From: Chrysomallon squamiferum
Lineage: Eukaryota; Animalia; Mollusca
Reading direction: 5' to 3'
NCBI GenBank assembly: GCA_012295275.1
Contig: CM022666.1
Span: forward strand, 4,464,001 to 4,528,000
DNA length: 64,000 nucleotides
In this document: positions 16,505 through 33,284 of the stretch, piece by piece
Position numbering within the stretch: the stretch's first letter is position 1
How the letters are laid out: the number at the start of each line of letters is the position of its first letter
The notes under the pieces: model-generated
The model's database searches: none
Seen by the model: the letters and a program-made list of their open reading frames with translations, nothing else
What the model was told of the DNA's origin: nothing
Position numbers and translations under genes: made by a program

Positions 16505-16752
16505 CTGAGAGTGATATTTATCTTGGCTAGTAATAATGATATATATATATATGTATATGTATATATATATATACACACATACATATATGTTACAGCAATA
16601 ATGATAAGTGCATGTGATATTTATTTGATACAGTATTTATCTTGGATAGAATATAACAAAATAGCAGTATAGTGTATGTAATGCAAGAATATATATATAC
16701 TGATGATGATCATGATGATAACAAAAAAAATAACAACAATAATAACAATAAC

Positions 16753-16798
<46 letters not shown>

Positions 16799-17357
16799 GA
16801 CAAAAAGAACAATAATGACAATGACAATAATAATATGCAAGTATGTATATATATATATTTACAAATACACATGCACAAAACACACACACATATATAGATA
16901 CACATATATTTATAGATTAACAGACACAGAATTAATTTGTTACCTTTTCAGGCGAAAAAAAACGAAAAAACATTTTGATTATTACATCCAGGGAAAATCA
17001 AGACATTCCCCCTGCCTGCATCCCCCTTCCCAAACCTACACCTGGATTTACTAATTTATGCCATATTAAAATCACAAAAACAAAAAAGTACTAAACAAAC
17101 TTTGCAAATGGCTTCCCTCATTAGTTACCAATGTGCTGATGATATTTTTCTTGTTGCCTTGGTAACAGTCCTCATGTTTCAGTGGGTGTTAGTCATTAAT
17201 ATTAGACCATATTTTTTTTTTTTTTTTTTTTTTGTGGCAAGGTTATCAATGAATTGCCTGATTAATTATTTATTATTAAGTGATGAATTAGTAAACAAAG
17301 TGAACTGATATTGCTTCTGCAGAGTCTGGCTTCTGTCATGTTAATCTTTGAATGCTA

Positions 17358-17566
17358 AGTGTGTGTGTGTGTGTGTGTGTGTGAGTACAGGTAGGTAGGT
17401 GTGAGTGTGGGTGTGATTGTGTGAGTACAGGTAGGTGAGTGGGTGTGTGTGGGTGAACATGTATGTGTGTGTTAGTGTGTGTGTGTACATGTAGGTGTCT
17501 GTGTGTGTGTGTATGTGTCTGTGAGTACATGTGTGTGTGTGTGTGTGTGTACATGTAGGTCTCTGT

Positions 17567-17608
<42 letters not shown>

Positions 17609-17905
17609 AAATGTGGGTGGATAGGTGTATGTGACAATAGACAGATGAGTGCAAGTGGATATAATGTGAGTGTGTGTAGTGTGTGTTTGTACATATAGGT
17701 GTATGGGTGTGGGTGTGGGTGGGTGTAAATGTGGGTGGATAGGTGTATGTGACAATAGACAGATGAGTGCAAGTGGATATAATGTGAGTGTGTGTAGTGT
17801 GTGTATGCATGTGTGTGTTTATGTGTGCTTATGTGTGCATGTGTTTGTGTTAGATGGTTGTGAGTGAGTGTGTATATGTCTAAGTGGTGTGAGTCTGTGT
17901 GTTTG

Positions 17906-17963
<58 letters not shown>
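17358..17963. repeat. GT-rich compound repeat with a ~118-bp tandem duplication
   Basis: GGGTGTAAATGTGGGTGGATAGGTGTATGTGACAATAGACAGATGAGTGCAAGTGG occurs at ~17604 and ~17722. Confidence 0.9.
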
Positions 17964-17965
<2 letters not shown>

Positions 17966-18594
17966 AATCATGTATATGTATACGAGTTTAAAGGTGTGTG
18001 TGTCTGGTTTTGCATCCATGAAGTTTAACAGAGCTGCCATATGTAAATGTTATATACATTTAAAGTGAATGTATGTATGAATGTATGTATGTATGTTGGT
18101 CAACTTTGCAAGAGTATGAGTTTATATATATATTTATACATATACATATACATTTATTTTTGTGTATATATGCTTGTGCATACATGTGCGTTTGCATGCG
18201 TGTATATGTGAGTTTATATTTGTCTGTAAATTGTGTTAGTGTTTATATGTGTATATATATGTGTGTGTATGTCTGTGTCAATATGTTTGGTGGGTGCATG
18301 TATAATGTACACATATTTAAATGTTCACATTATTACATATTTCTGTGTGCATTTCTGTCTGTATCTGCACACAGGACAGATGTTTACACAAACAGATATA
18401 CACACACAAACCCTTGCTGACATTCACAAACATAAAAATTAAAACACAATTAACCTTGCCAACCCTTCCCAAAAAGCAACACATCATACACAAATTAACA
18501 TACTTTCCTTCAGTAGAATTTAAATAAACATTAATATAATTTTTTACTCAAAATTTTTGTCATGCCCTATTTCTGTAACTGAAAAACATTTATT

Positions 18595-18632
<38 letters not shown>

Positions 18633-19223
18633 GGCCACCTAATTCCAAAGCTTCAAAAGAAAAATAAATAACGAGAAAAACGACAACAAAAGATATTTTT
18701 ATTATCATGCAGAGATATATAAGCACGTTTTGGCAAAAAATCTTTATACAAAATTCCTTTCTTAATCCTGAGCAATATTGGTAATATTATACACGTGTAC
18801 TATATATATATAATATTACCTCTGTTGATAGAAAAATTACAAAAAAAAAATTGGTTTACTCATATGACAATTGGGAAAACTGGTGCAGTCACATTAAAGG
18901 ATAAAATATTTCAAAATCAGAGAAGACATTTATAAATAAACTGATGCTGTTTCAAAACTCAAATTTAGAACTCTCTAAAAATGTATATATTTTTTTAAAA
19001 ACCCTGGATAGGCCAAATTTATGTCAAATGACTTAAAAATAAAAAATAAATAAAAAAATAAAAATTATCTTTATCTTATGACCAAGTATAAGAAATTTCA
19101 TCAAACGAAATAAAATGCCAAAATACCTATTAATATTTTTGAAGACAATTCAAACCACAAATGTCCTAAATTTTTTTTAACAAGATTGTAAAAACTAACA
19201 TTCCTATTAATCTATAGAAAATG

Positions 19224-19260
<37 letters not shown>

Positions 19261-20293
19261 ATAATAATAATAATAAGAAGAAGAAAAAGAAAAATGAAAA
19301 TAAAAAAGTACATTTCTCTTAAAAACTGTAACTTTAAGTCACTCAAGAAAGGTTTTTATATAGACTTTCCCATATATAAATAAAAACATAACATTTTGTT
19401 TTTCTATGAACAATTAACCAACCAAAAAATGCAAAAAAACTATAAAAAAAAATAAAAAAATCTGCAACAGTAAACATACAGCAACAAATGATACATAAAA
19501 AAAATATTTATAAAAAAAAACGTACAAAACTCTCTAAAACGTTTTATCACTTTACATTCAAACTCTCCAAAGACATTCCTTTGATATTCCTATTCCTGCA
19601 TGACAAAGGAATATAAATGTTTTTTATCACACTGGCTACAGACCGGACTGGGAGATCTAGCTAAGCCTTTCTAGCAAGTGGGCTGTCCCAGGCATTGATA
19701 CACAGATTATATATGGGCCCATTATGTATTGCAGGCTGATTCCCTTTAATGATAATATGTGTTGTTTTGAATAGAAACCTTCTTATATGAAATTAAAACA
19801 GATTTATTTCACTGATAGCGCAAACACAATTAACTTCTAAAAACTGGAAGATGATGTCCATGAACCTAAGTGTGATGAGTGAGTGTGTTGTGTGAGTGAG
19901 TGTGTGTAGTTATAGATACTGTATAAGGAAGAAGAATGGAATAACTGGTCTGTGGAAATTTGAAAGTGATTTATTTGTTACTAGTTCTGTACATACTAAT
20001 GTATAAATATCTATGAATGTACAAACAAACACATGTATACACAGACAGATATAAATACATAACTGCTTATATATACATACATACCTGCAGACACACATAC
20101 ACACACATACACACACAATACACATGTATACACATGCATAACCATACAACAATACAACAACTTAATATACACACATGCAAACACAAATATAACCATATGC
20201 AACAACACACAAAGCATATACTCACACATGAACACACACACACAAACATACAAAACCCAAAAGACACATACACAAAACACAAAACACATAACA

Positions 20294-20343
<50 letters not shown>

Positions 20344-20588
20344 GAGTGTATTTCACCCCAGACAGATGACATTAGAAACAATCTGTACAATTATTCCCAG
20401 TACACCTATCAGACGAACGATGCATAACAAAAGCAACTGTTTGGACGTCTTCGTGTTGATCCCGAGCCAAGTCCTCATAGAGTGTAATCAAGCAAGTGTC
20501 AAATTAGCCACTGTCAAACATGTCATCATTTCTCAGTTTACTCTTTCATCAAACTCCATATAGCAAGTGGCTCTGTCTAAAGTGCAGG

Positions 20589-21215
<627 letters not shown>

Positions 21216-21333
21216 ACAGTTAAAAGGAGACTGATATAGGAGTACAGATCAGAAGAGTAAAATAAAATGGTACAATTCAGAGGTAGTTAAAAGGAGGTAT
21301 GATTCAAAGGAATGAAATAGGACAGCATGTATC

Positions 21334-21408
<75 letters not shown>

Positions 21409-21641
21409 AGAGAAAAAAAAGAATATCAGAGAGAGAGAAAATTGAGTTTGAAAAAATGAAAGAATATCAAGGAGAGAAAATTGAGTTTGCAAAAAAATAA
21501 AAAAAACTGGGAAGAGATCACAGATTCACGGAAAGACAAATAAAACAATTTTATTGGGGTATAAATATTTTTAAAGAGTACAAAAAACAACTGAGAAGAG
21601 AAGATAAAGATTTAGAGACACCAGGAACCCCAAAAAATAAA

Positions 21642-21676
<35 letters not shown>

Positions 21677-22989
21677 AAAATAATCTGGCAAAGTAAAGCA
21701 AATAATAAATTTGCATAAATATATTTCTCAGAGAAGTGATTTTGCAGTGAAACATTTGCGTAAAAAAAAAAATGATTAGCCATTTTTCTTCCTGTTACAT
21801 CGACAGTGATGGTGGCAATGCTGTGGTAGTTGCTGTGTCAAATTGCTCTTAATGGTGCTGCCAGGTCTTGTAATGCTTCTGCAGCATTAGCGAGCTATTG
21901 ATTAAGAAGCAGGCTAACACGTTTTTTTGTTTCTTGTTGTCTTCAGTGTGGGCTTCTTAATGAAATGCTCCGCAATAGAGAGTGTAGTTGGATTAGAAAG
22001 GTTTTGTGTATTGTCCACTAATGTGAACTCAGTGCGAGTTTTTTCTGAATAATAATAATAATAATAATAAAAAATTATTATTAAAGTTGTGAAATTAATG
22101 ACATGACTGTTTGAAAATGAAGTGAAATAAAATAAAATGAAATGAAGTAAAATAAAATAAAATAAAATAAAATAATAAATAAAATAAATATATAAATAAA
22201 TAAATAGTGATGGTCATGATGATGATAGAAACATAATATTATCAATAGGAAATTTAATTTCTTTTCATCTTCTTCTCTTTTCTTCCTTATAAATCTTTTC
22301 TTTATTTTTTTTCTCCTTTTATTCTCTCATTCTTTTTCATTTCTCTTCTTACTTTTCTCTCATTCTTTTTTCTTTTCTCTTCTTTCTTCTTTCTCTTCTT
22401 ATTTTTTCTCATTCTTTTTTCATTTCTCTTCTTCCTTTTTTTTTTTCTCTCTCTCATTCTTTTTCATTTTTCTTATCTTTTTTCATTCTTTTCTTTTCAT
22501 TTTTTCTCCATCATCCTTTTTCTTCTACTTCTTCTTCTTCTTCTTCTTTTTCTTCTTCTTCTACTTCTTCTTCTTCTTCTTCTTCACTCTCCTGGTTCTC
22601 ATCAAACCAGGACATTAATTCCATCACCACACTTCAGCATATTGCTGTGAAGACAACAAAAGGTCAAACACCGACAGAAGAAGAAAGGGAGAAAAGCCAT
22701 CACCACTGAGAGGCCAATTTAAACAGAAGACAGCGAAACTCTGATGGAAATGAAGCCGTTAGTCTTGTTCAAGGCACCAATCTAAGAACCATCGGAAGAA
22801 AATCTGGCCAATAATCGGAGTAATTTTCTAGTCAGATGCATTCTCATGGCTAATACGAGGGAAAAACCACTGCAACTGTGGCTTGCCAATATTCAGATTA
22901 ACAGATCCCCCTGAAAAAAAAAAAACCCTTCAAGTCTAATACATGCAGAGCTGCTGTCCATGAAGTTTAGAGGATAAGGTTAAGGAGGT

Positions 22990-23320
22990 TTCTCTGTATC
23001 AGTGTGAAGTTTGACAGATATGTGTAGGTTCTTTGTAGTGAAGTTTGACAGATATGTAGGTTTTTTGTAATGAAGTTTAAGAGATATGTGCAGGTTCTTT
23101 GTAGTGAAGTTTAAGAGATATGTGTAGGTTTTTTGCAGTGAAGTTTAAGAGATATGTGCAGGTTCTTTGTAGTGAAGTTTAAGAGATATGTGTAGGTTTT
23201 TTGTAGTGAAGTTTAAGAGATATGTGCAGGTTCTTTGTAGTGAAGTTTAAGAGAAATGTAGGTTCTTTGTAATGAAGTTTAAGAGAAATGTAGGTTCTTT
23301 GTAATGAAGTTTAACAGAAA
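22990..23320. repeat. 34-bp minisatellite, ~9 copies
   Basis: GTAGTGAAGTTTAAGAGATATGTG(C/T)AGGTT(C/T)TTT; starts at 23101 and 23135. Confidence 0.95.
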
Positions 23321-23423
23321 GGTTGCTTAAATTTATTGATATGTTTCAATATGAAGTTTAGCTGACATGCTTGAAATGGGTGGTTTGAATGAAGTTTCAC
23401 AAATATGTCCTGAAATGTACTCA

Positions 23424-23918
23424 TATGTAGGTTTTCTGTATCAATATGAAGTTTAACAGATATGTAGGTTCTCTGTATCAATATGAAGTTTAACAGTTAT
23501 ATAGGTTCTCTGTATCAATATGAAGTTTGACAGATATGTAGTTTCTCTGTATCAATATGAAGTTTGACAGATATGTAGGTTCTCTGTATCAATATGAAGT
23601 TTGACAGATATATAGTTTCTCTGTATCAATATGAAGTTTAACAGATATATAGGTTCTCTGTATCAATATGAAGTTTGACAGATATATAGGTTCTCTGTAT
23701 CAATATGAAGTTTGACAGATATATAGGTTCTCTGTATCAATATGAAATTTGACAGATATACAGGTTCTCTGTATCAATATGAAGTTTGACAGATATGCAG
23801 TTTCTCTGTATCAATATGAAGTTTGACAGATATGTAGTTTCTCTGTACCAATATGAAGTTTGACAGATATACAGGTTCTCTGCATCAATATGAAGTTTGA
23901 CAGATATACAGGTTCTCT
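23424..23918. repeat. 37-bp minisatellite, ~13 copies
   Basis: TATGAAGTTTGACAGATAT(A/G)TAGGTTCTCTGTATCAA; ATCAATATG at 23551 and 23588. Confidence 0.95.
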
Positions 23919-24131
23919 GACAGTTAATGGATCTGACTTGAGTTTTGCTTCAGGTTTGGCGAGCAAATTGCCACTCTCATAATCAGCAGACAACTTGTTA
24001 AACGAGACTTTGGAGAGAGAATTTCTATTTTCTGTCTATTGACGCTCTGTAATGTGTTTTGCACACCTAAGGATAAAAATAATCCCTTGAAATAGAGAAC
24101 GAAACTGGGTTAGAGCGAATGAGAGAGAGAG

Positions 24132-24208
<77 letters not shown>

Positions 24209-24708
24209 GGAAGAGATGGAAATGTAGAGAGAGACTAAAATAAGGGAAAGACAGAAAGAATGAAAGAGAGACAGAGAGACAGGAAAGGAAAGAGAGAGAC
24301 AACAGAAGAAATAAGATATTTTCTATATTTTAGGTAAAGTTGTTTTCTTAAAGACCTCAGGACAAAAATAATCTGTAAAGAGGAAATGAAAAAGGACTGA
24401 AAAGAACGAGATAGAAAGAAAACAGATGAATAAATGAGTAAGAATGAGAGAAAGAAAGAGGAAAAAATTGAGAACTATATATGTGTGCAAGAACATATTT
24501 ATGAATGAATGGATGATGTTACATATATTTATGATGTATGTGTGTGTGTATATGTATGTATGAACGTATGTATGTGTATGTATAAATATATATATATGTT
24601 TAATATGTATGTATGTATGTATGAATGTATATATTTATGTTTGTATGTATGAATGAATGAATGAATGAATGTATGTATGTCTCTATCTATCTGAATGTGT
24701 GTGTGTGT

Positions 24709-24757
<49 letters not shown>

Positions 24758-25361
24758 TGTGTATATGTGTGTGTGTATATGTGTGTGTGCATATCTGTAC
24801 ATGTGTATTCATGAGGACAACAAAATAACCTTGTACTTTTACCTGGCTGAACAGGTAGGTAATCAAGGTGAAAATAATAATATTTGTAATAACATGAGCC
24901 AAGAAGCTCAGGTAAATTCTTGGCAAAGTTTTACACCTTGTTTTTTTTTTGTTGTCAGCAAAGCTGCAAAGGAAGCATTGATCCATTGAGACCCACTCAA
25001 CTGTAGGAATATTAAAGAGAAAATTATTACAGAGCTGTATCATTATTATTGTTACTACATGTACTTCATTATTATCATTAATAATAGCAGTGGTAGGTTA
25101 ATATTGTTGAAGCTGTAGTGGTTGGAATAGTAGCAATGGCAGCGTTATTATTATATTTTTAATAATGTTGTTGTTCACGTTGTTGTTGAATCAAAATCAT
25201 TTTTATTATTACTGATGTTGTTTTCGTGTGTCATTGTTATTATTATTATTATTACTTTTTAAAAAGTATTATTTTTATTGAATTTTTTTATTTTAATAAT
25301 GTTGTTGTTATTATCTTTTCTTCTGTTTATTCTTTTTCTTCCTCTTATTTTTATTATTATG

Positions 25362-25460
<99 letters not shown>

Positions 25461-26775
25461 CATCGTTGTCATCATCGTCGTCGTCGTAGTAGTAGTAGTA
25501 ATAGTAGTAACAGTTTCAAATATTTATTTATATTTGCTTGCAAAATAAACCAACAAGCTAATTCTATATTTTCTAAATTTTGTTTTTGTCATCCAGATTG
25601 GTTTTCACAAACAAAACCAAATTTTTTTTTTTATCTAAACTTTATTACAGTTCATCCATATCGAAAACCTCAAAATTTCATACACGCACTACTATTCATA
25701 TTTTTATTAAATCTTGTTCGTTATTTTTAACTAAACGGCCAAAACCTAAACAAACAACCACATTCTTATTATTTCCGTTAACAAAAAACCCTTCAGCTTT
25801 TTTGAGTCCTTTTTAACACCCAGAAGACAATAACTCTTTCTTCTTATTAACATGTGAGTTAGATTATCTTTTCCACTTCATCTAACTAGTCACAAAAGTG
25901 AGGTAAAATATTCTCTGTTCCTTCAATGCAATAACACGGCAAATACTGTAAACAATAATTCCAAAAAAAAAATATATAAAAAATTTGCATTTGTTATCAC
26001 CCTCCATCTTGCATAATGTGAACAAATTCTTTTTATCTGCTAATTCCATAATTGCATCCCTGAACAAGATAGGTGGGTGTGTAATTATGGGTTGAAGGAC
26101 TGTAACAGATTTTTAATTTTTTTTTTTTTTTTTTTTTAAACTCTGACTTTGTTGTAGGTGGCTTATAGACTGAGTACCCACTGACCTGATGTTGTTAATT
26201 ATAGACAGGTTAAATCTGACACACACAAAAAAAAAAACCGACTGCTGTTCATGTCATCTCTGATGTCTAATCATGTTTTCTTGATGTAAGACGTGTTTAC
26301 TAGGACACACAAAAAAACCTTGAAAGGAGGAGAAGAAAGAAACAGGATAAAGGGACAAAGCTTTAGAATAATGTCTGAAAAGAGAAGAGAGAGGGGGGAA
26401 GAAGAAAATAAGAAGAAGAAAGAAGAAGAAGAAGAAAAGGAATAAAATAAAATGTTTAAATATGTAAAGAGATAAGGAGAAAGGGAAAAGACAGAGATGA
26501 AAGGTGATGCCAGAGGGAGAACGTAGGAGTAGAAAGATTATTGAACACAGAGTTTTAGATTATAGGCTCATGTCAACAGACAGACTAACGATAACAGACA
26601 GACAGACACAGAAATGTTTAGATGGATGGATGGAGAGAGATAAAGATATATATAGTGAAAGAGAGATAGATAAACAGATAGACAGACCGATAGATATATA
26701 CACACATACATAGATATACAGAGAGAAAAGATAGATAGATAAGTAGATACATACATACATTCATATATACATACA

Positions 26776-26809
<34 letters not shown>

Positions 26810-26845
26810 CATATATACATACATTCAGATACATAGATAGATACA

Positions 26846-26877
<32 letters not shown>

Positions 26878-27469
26878 AAGATAGAAAAGGTAGACAGATA
26901 GATATACAGACAGACATATAGACATTTATAGATGGATGGATGGATGGATTATGGAAAAATAAAGAAATAATGAAAAAGTAAAAACAAGAAGGATGAAGAG
27001 TAATCTAATATATACTGATGATGCAGAGGAAGAATGAAAGAGAGAAAAAACAAAAGAAATAAAACAATGGGAGATAAGTAAGAGAGAAAGAGAAAGACTG
27101 AGACAGAGAGAAATAAAATGAAAATGAAAAGAAAGTGAAAAATATTACAGAAAAATATAATATTAGAATATTAAACATACAGAGAGAGAGAGAGGGAGAG
27201 AGAGAGAATGATACAGAGAGAGAAAAAAGAAAAATTAATAGAAAAGAGAGTTTTGGAGTAAGGATATTTCTATATTTTAATGCATTTAATCAAAGAGAAA
27301 GTCATAAATATTATAGCAACTGAGGTATCATATTATATAGAGGCAATAAAAACCAATAAGGCAAAAGAAAAAGGTCAAATGAATTGATTTTCATTATATC
27401 TTGTGATATCTCAGACAGGCAGGAGAGAGAAACAGATTTCAGTGAGAGTGGACAAGAACAGTGAGAGAG

Positions 27470-27862
<393 letters not shown>

Positions 27863-29007
27863 GCATAAAAGTAGGTTAGAATGTGTAAGAAAAATATGAA
27901 AGGAAAAAGAGAAAAAGACAATGACAAATGAAGAAAAAGAAAAAAGAAAATGAACAAAAAAAATTAGAAAAAATATCTGTAGATAAATAGATAAAGACAG
28001 CAAAAGATATCAAAGATAGAAAAATAAAGAGAAAAAGAAAGTCAGAAAAAGACATAGAAACAGAGAAATAGACACACACAAAGGGACAGTTTCTGAGAGA
28101 AAAAAAAGAGTTAAAATCTAGTACAGAAAATAAAAATAAATTAAAAACAAATGCACCATTTGACAATAGAACATTCACGTTAATCAAATCCCAGAAGAAC
28201 TGTCAGGATTAGTGATAAATCAACAGACACACGCTGAGACAGACCGATGCACAGACTGAAAGTTAATTACAAGGAGAATTCCAATTCCGAACGTGGGCTC
28301 TTCATTATTTATGTTCTCATTTTCCCCGGCTAAAACACCACAGTGTGCATATCCTCTTGCACCTTGTCTCGAATCTTCTCTTTAATTATATTTAAACACA
28401 GAGACAGTCACCAGCAGATGGACAGACAGACAGAGATATGGACAGACAACGATGAAGCAATCTTCAACCATACCTCCTCACACCTGGACCTAATTCCGTT
28501 AAGAAAACCTCCGTGGAGATTGCATCCTGTTTCGTAGGGTGACAGACACACAGACAGACAGACAGTTACTGAGAAACAATTTTTGAAATGTGAAACCAGT
28601 TTTAATGAAATCTCTTTTGACTTTGAGGCAAGTTGTTAAACCTTTCAGTGCACATCCGGTACGCATAGAGAGAGAGAGAGAGAGAGAGAGTCGAAAAGAC
28701 AGAGGGAAATTATAATCATTAAAGAAATCAGTCATGAATTTAGTGTGTAGCAGACGAGTATTAGCTGTAATGAGATTGTGTTCTGATATATGTGAAAGAA
28801 GAAGAGAGTGAGAGAAAGAAAAGGAGAGAGGAAGAAGGAAAAAGAAGGGATTGATGAAGGGAATCAAATAAACAGAGCTGTATGAAAAGAAAGAGAGAGA
28901 AAGGTATATGTATAGATAGATAAATAGCACGAAAGATAGATAGATAGATATAGATAGTTAGATATACATAGATATATATAGATAGATATATATAGATAGA
29001 TAGATAT

Positions 29008-29064
<57 letters not shown>

Positions 29065-29070
29065 GAGAGA

Positions 29071-29144
<74 letters not shown>

Positions 29145-29829
29145 TTTCTGAGTACACTTAGTAACATTTCTGTTAATCACACAATTAACGTCCTGACACT
29201 GAACTCAGTGTGCTTTTCCTCTTCACTGCCACGACCCCCCAGTAACCTCTCCCCCTCTCCCCCTCCCCACACCGGATACAAAACGTGATAAAACTAATTT
29301 TTAATCTCAGAAACAAAATTCTACAATCGCTGGTCCTGCTACATATGTCTACATTTAACAAACTGGAATTTTACAAGATTATAATAATGTAGGAATGAAC
29401 GTCAATGTGTTATCCTGTGCCTTACTTCTTTTTATTTCTTATTTTTATCTTTTTATTTTATCATATTTCTTTCTAATTTGTAAAGAAATGTTGCAAATAA
29501 GTTAATCATGTCACTCTCTGATATCAGTTTTCATTTTACCTCCCCCCTTTGTTTTTATCATCCCCCCTTCCTGCTGCCACCTATTTCCTCCGTCACGCCC
29601 CACCTCATGCTCATCACCCCCCTCATTTTCTTCTTTTTTCACCCACAATATCATCATTTCCGTTCCCTGCTATGACCATACGTGCTTGCTTATTATAATA
29701 CTTTTATTTGTTAATTTATTTATTGTTCTATTTTTTTAATTATTTATTTTAATAAAGTAACACAAAAATAATAATAATTTCATAATTAATAAGGAATGGC
29801 TTTATTCCTGAAATTTATTTTCTAATGTA

Positions 29830-29944
29830 CTACTAAAATACTGTAAGATTATATATATCTATAAAAACATATACATACATATATATACATATACATATAT
29901 ATATATATATGTATAGATATATATAATTTTACAGTATTTTAGTA

Positions 29945-29945
<1 letters not shown>
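29830..29945. repeat. 34-bp inverted repeat around a TA-rich spacer (MITE-like hairpin)
   Basis: CTACTAAAATACTGTAAGATTATATATATCTATA (29830-29863) versus TATAGATATATATAATTTTACAGTATTTTAGTAG (29912-29945): one mismatch. Confidence 0.85.
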
Positions 29946-29990
<45 letters not shown>

Positions 29991-30334
29991 TTAATGATAA
30001 TTACGAAGACAATAGCACAACCTGTAATTAAAGCTGAGATGCTGAATGCCAATCATCATAACGTTTTCCTCTCCGAAATGAAATCCATCAGTTTTACTAC
30101 TTAATTTCAAACATATCGCAGCATCTGATAAATTTGACTGAACACGCCAAGTCTGTGCCATGAACAAATGTCCAATCAGATTCACTGTAACCTTTTATCG
30201 CAGACTATTATGATCAATAGCTTACGAGATTGGTTATTGATGAAGTCATAAAAACAAAACATTCTTAAAAGCGTAAGTGTTACCCTCACCTACAGTGCAA
30301 CCACGGTTAAACAGACACTGTAGGTGTACCTGCA

Positions 30335-30381
<47 letters not shown>

Positions 30382-30722
30382 GTGGTTATTATAATGAATC
30401 TCCATGGTGTTTCATTGTCAGCCAACAGTGTTTATTTGTTATCTCTCTTTCAATAGAAAGATTGGGCTAAAGCTCATACTTAATTATTAACAAAGTTTGT
30501 GTGTGTCAAGCTTATTGTTTTGTATTACGATAATATGAAATAAGAAGTATATTTTGATTGATTAGCAGTGTATGACTTATGTGGTGTACCTTCTCATGGG
30601 GTTTTGGCTGGAACTGGAAATAACTCAGTGGCATACTGAAGAAGATTAAGTAAATAAATAAATTTGTTATTGTTATCAATTACTTTTTAATATTTTTCAT
30701 TTTCTGCCAAAGTTTCTTGTGT

Positions 30723-30851
<129 letters not shown>

Positions 30852-31199
30852 TCTCCCTCTCTTCTTCTCCCTCAGTCTCTTTTTCTCTCAAACACTTTCT
30901 CAGTCACTCTATAAATCTCATTCACTGTGTATCTTTTTCAAGAGTTTATGACACAAAATGCCGTGCATATTAATCTATTTAGGTTCTGTTTATGTTGTCT
31001 TCTATCTTTTTCTTCATTTTTTTAATTTTTTTTATTTTTTTTATCTCAAGACAACTTCATCTTAGGTTACCCTCAATAAGAAAATGACTGTGAAAATAAC
31101 TTTGTGTGTGTAATTATGTTATAAACGAAACTCTGATAATTTCACGGATAGTGTTACATCATTTCCAGACTGCGAGTACCAAGAGAAATGAACATAGCT

Positions 31200-31840
31200 T
31201 GACTTGCCAAATGTTGCAGACTTCTGGAATGTTTTTGCTTCCCAAATGTTGCAGGCTTCATGTATGCAATACAACTTATGGAACACAGTTGACTTCCCAA
31301 ATGTTGTAGGCTCCTGTTAATGCTTTTTTTTTTACTTCTGTAAATGTTGTTTTTTTGTTTGTTTTTTTGGACTTAACAAATATTATAGTCTTCTCGAATG
31401 TTTTATTTGACTTCTCAAATGTTGTAGGACTACTTGAATGTTTTATTTGAGACTTCTCAAATGTTATAAACTTCTGGAATGGTTTTTTTGACTTTTCCCA
31501 AATGTTTCAGACTTCTCAAATGTATTTTGACTTCCTAAATGTTATAGACTTCTCAAATGTTGTAAACTTCTGAAATGTTTTTTTTGACTTCCCAAATATC
31601 ATAAACTTCTGGAAAGTTTATTTGACTTCCCAAATATCATAAACTTCTGGAAAGTCTTTTTGACTTTTCCCAAATATTATTTCCAAAATGTCAATTTCCT
31701 GAATGTTGTACGACTTCCCTGAATGCTGCAGAACGTCTCGAACAATCATTGACTTCCTGACCATCGTATGACTTCCTGAATATTTCATGAATCCCTGAAC
31801 ACAGTGACGTCATTCTGAACACTGTGCAACTTCCTGAACG
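31200..31840. repeat. Degenerate short-unit satellite
   Basis: Recurrent GACTTC(C/T)CAAATGTT and ACTTCTGGAA motifs with irregular spacing. Confidence 0.8.
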
Positions 31841-32791
31841 TTTGTTCTGCCTGAGATTGCACCCATTACGACTGTCTACAGAGTCTGCAGACAGTCTTCT
31901 TTCACCTCCGATAATAACCTAATGGAGGCTGCATTTCCTTAAGTCTGCCTATTATCTGTCGATGGCTCGAGGCAAGAAAGAAAATTGCAGTAAATATAGT
32001 ATCACAATGGTCAACGTTTAACTAGGTTTCATTTCAAATTGTTGTTCAATTTTTTTCTTTCTTTATTTTTCTTCATCTGCTACCATCAATTTATTTTTTT
32101 TAATTTTTTTATATAATTTTTTTTTTTTTTGGCAATTCCATTTATGTTTTTGATATTGATAAAGTATATATTTCGTATTCAGATATTCGTTTCATTTTCA
32201 ACTGCTTCTCATCATAATTATTAATATTGTATTCTCATGTTTGCGTGTGTTACTGTATATTGTAATTGCTTATAAAATAAACCCATATATCCCACCTGTA
32301 TTTAATGCTATCTCTAGCGATACCTTTGTTGGACCTATCAAATAACCGTAACTGTTAAGATATCGTTATACACATTCCGAGTTGTCACAGTTATGTCAGA
32401 CACACAGAGATGCTGCTACGCAGAACAAGTATTTGCTAAGTTTGCCATTTCTGTTTTTATCTTTAGTTATCTAAGGTCTTGTATTTCACACATGTATGTG
32501 ACTATCACAGAATATACCTGTATTTAACACTTTTATTTTTTGAATGAATACCCCAACATTTTCACTCTCTCTCTCTCCTTTGCAGTTTGTTTCTTTCTTT
32601 ATCCATTCTCTTTTTGTTTCTCTATTTCAGTCTCTTGTTTTCTTTTTATCATTTTCTCTCTCTTTCTCACTCTATTTCAGTGTTATTTTTGTTCTCTCTC
32701 TCTCATTATTTTCTCATTTTCCTTTCTTTTTCAATCTCCCAGTCTATCTCCCTTTCTGTCTGTCTGGTTTTCTCTCTTATCTCCCTCTCTC

Positions 32792-33250
<459 letters not shown>

Positions 33251-33284
33251 CCAAGCTAGACTAGTGCTTTTAACCACTGAGCTA
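33251..33284 (-). mobile_element. tRNA-like A-box fragment (SINE head remnant)
   Basis: Minus strand TAGCTCAGTGGTTAAAAGCACT matches the tRNA D-arm/A-box pattern and is truncated at the CT tract. Confidence 0.4.

Noticed and set aside
25852-25902. 15-nt match to the 3' part of miR-153 (TAGTCACAAAAGTGA) in a small hairpin
   Set aside because: The seed region differs and the stem is too short for a pre-miRNA.
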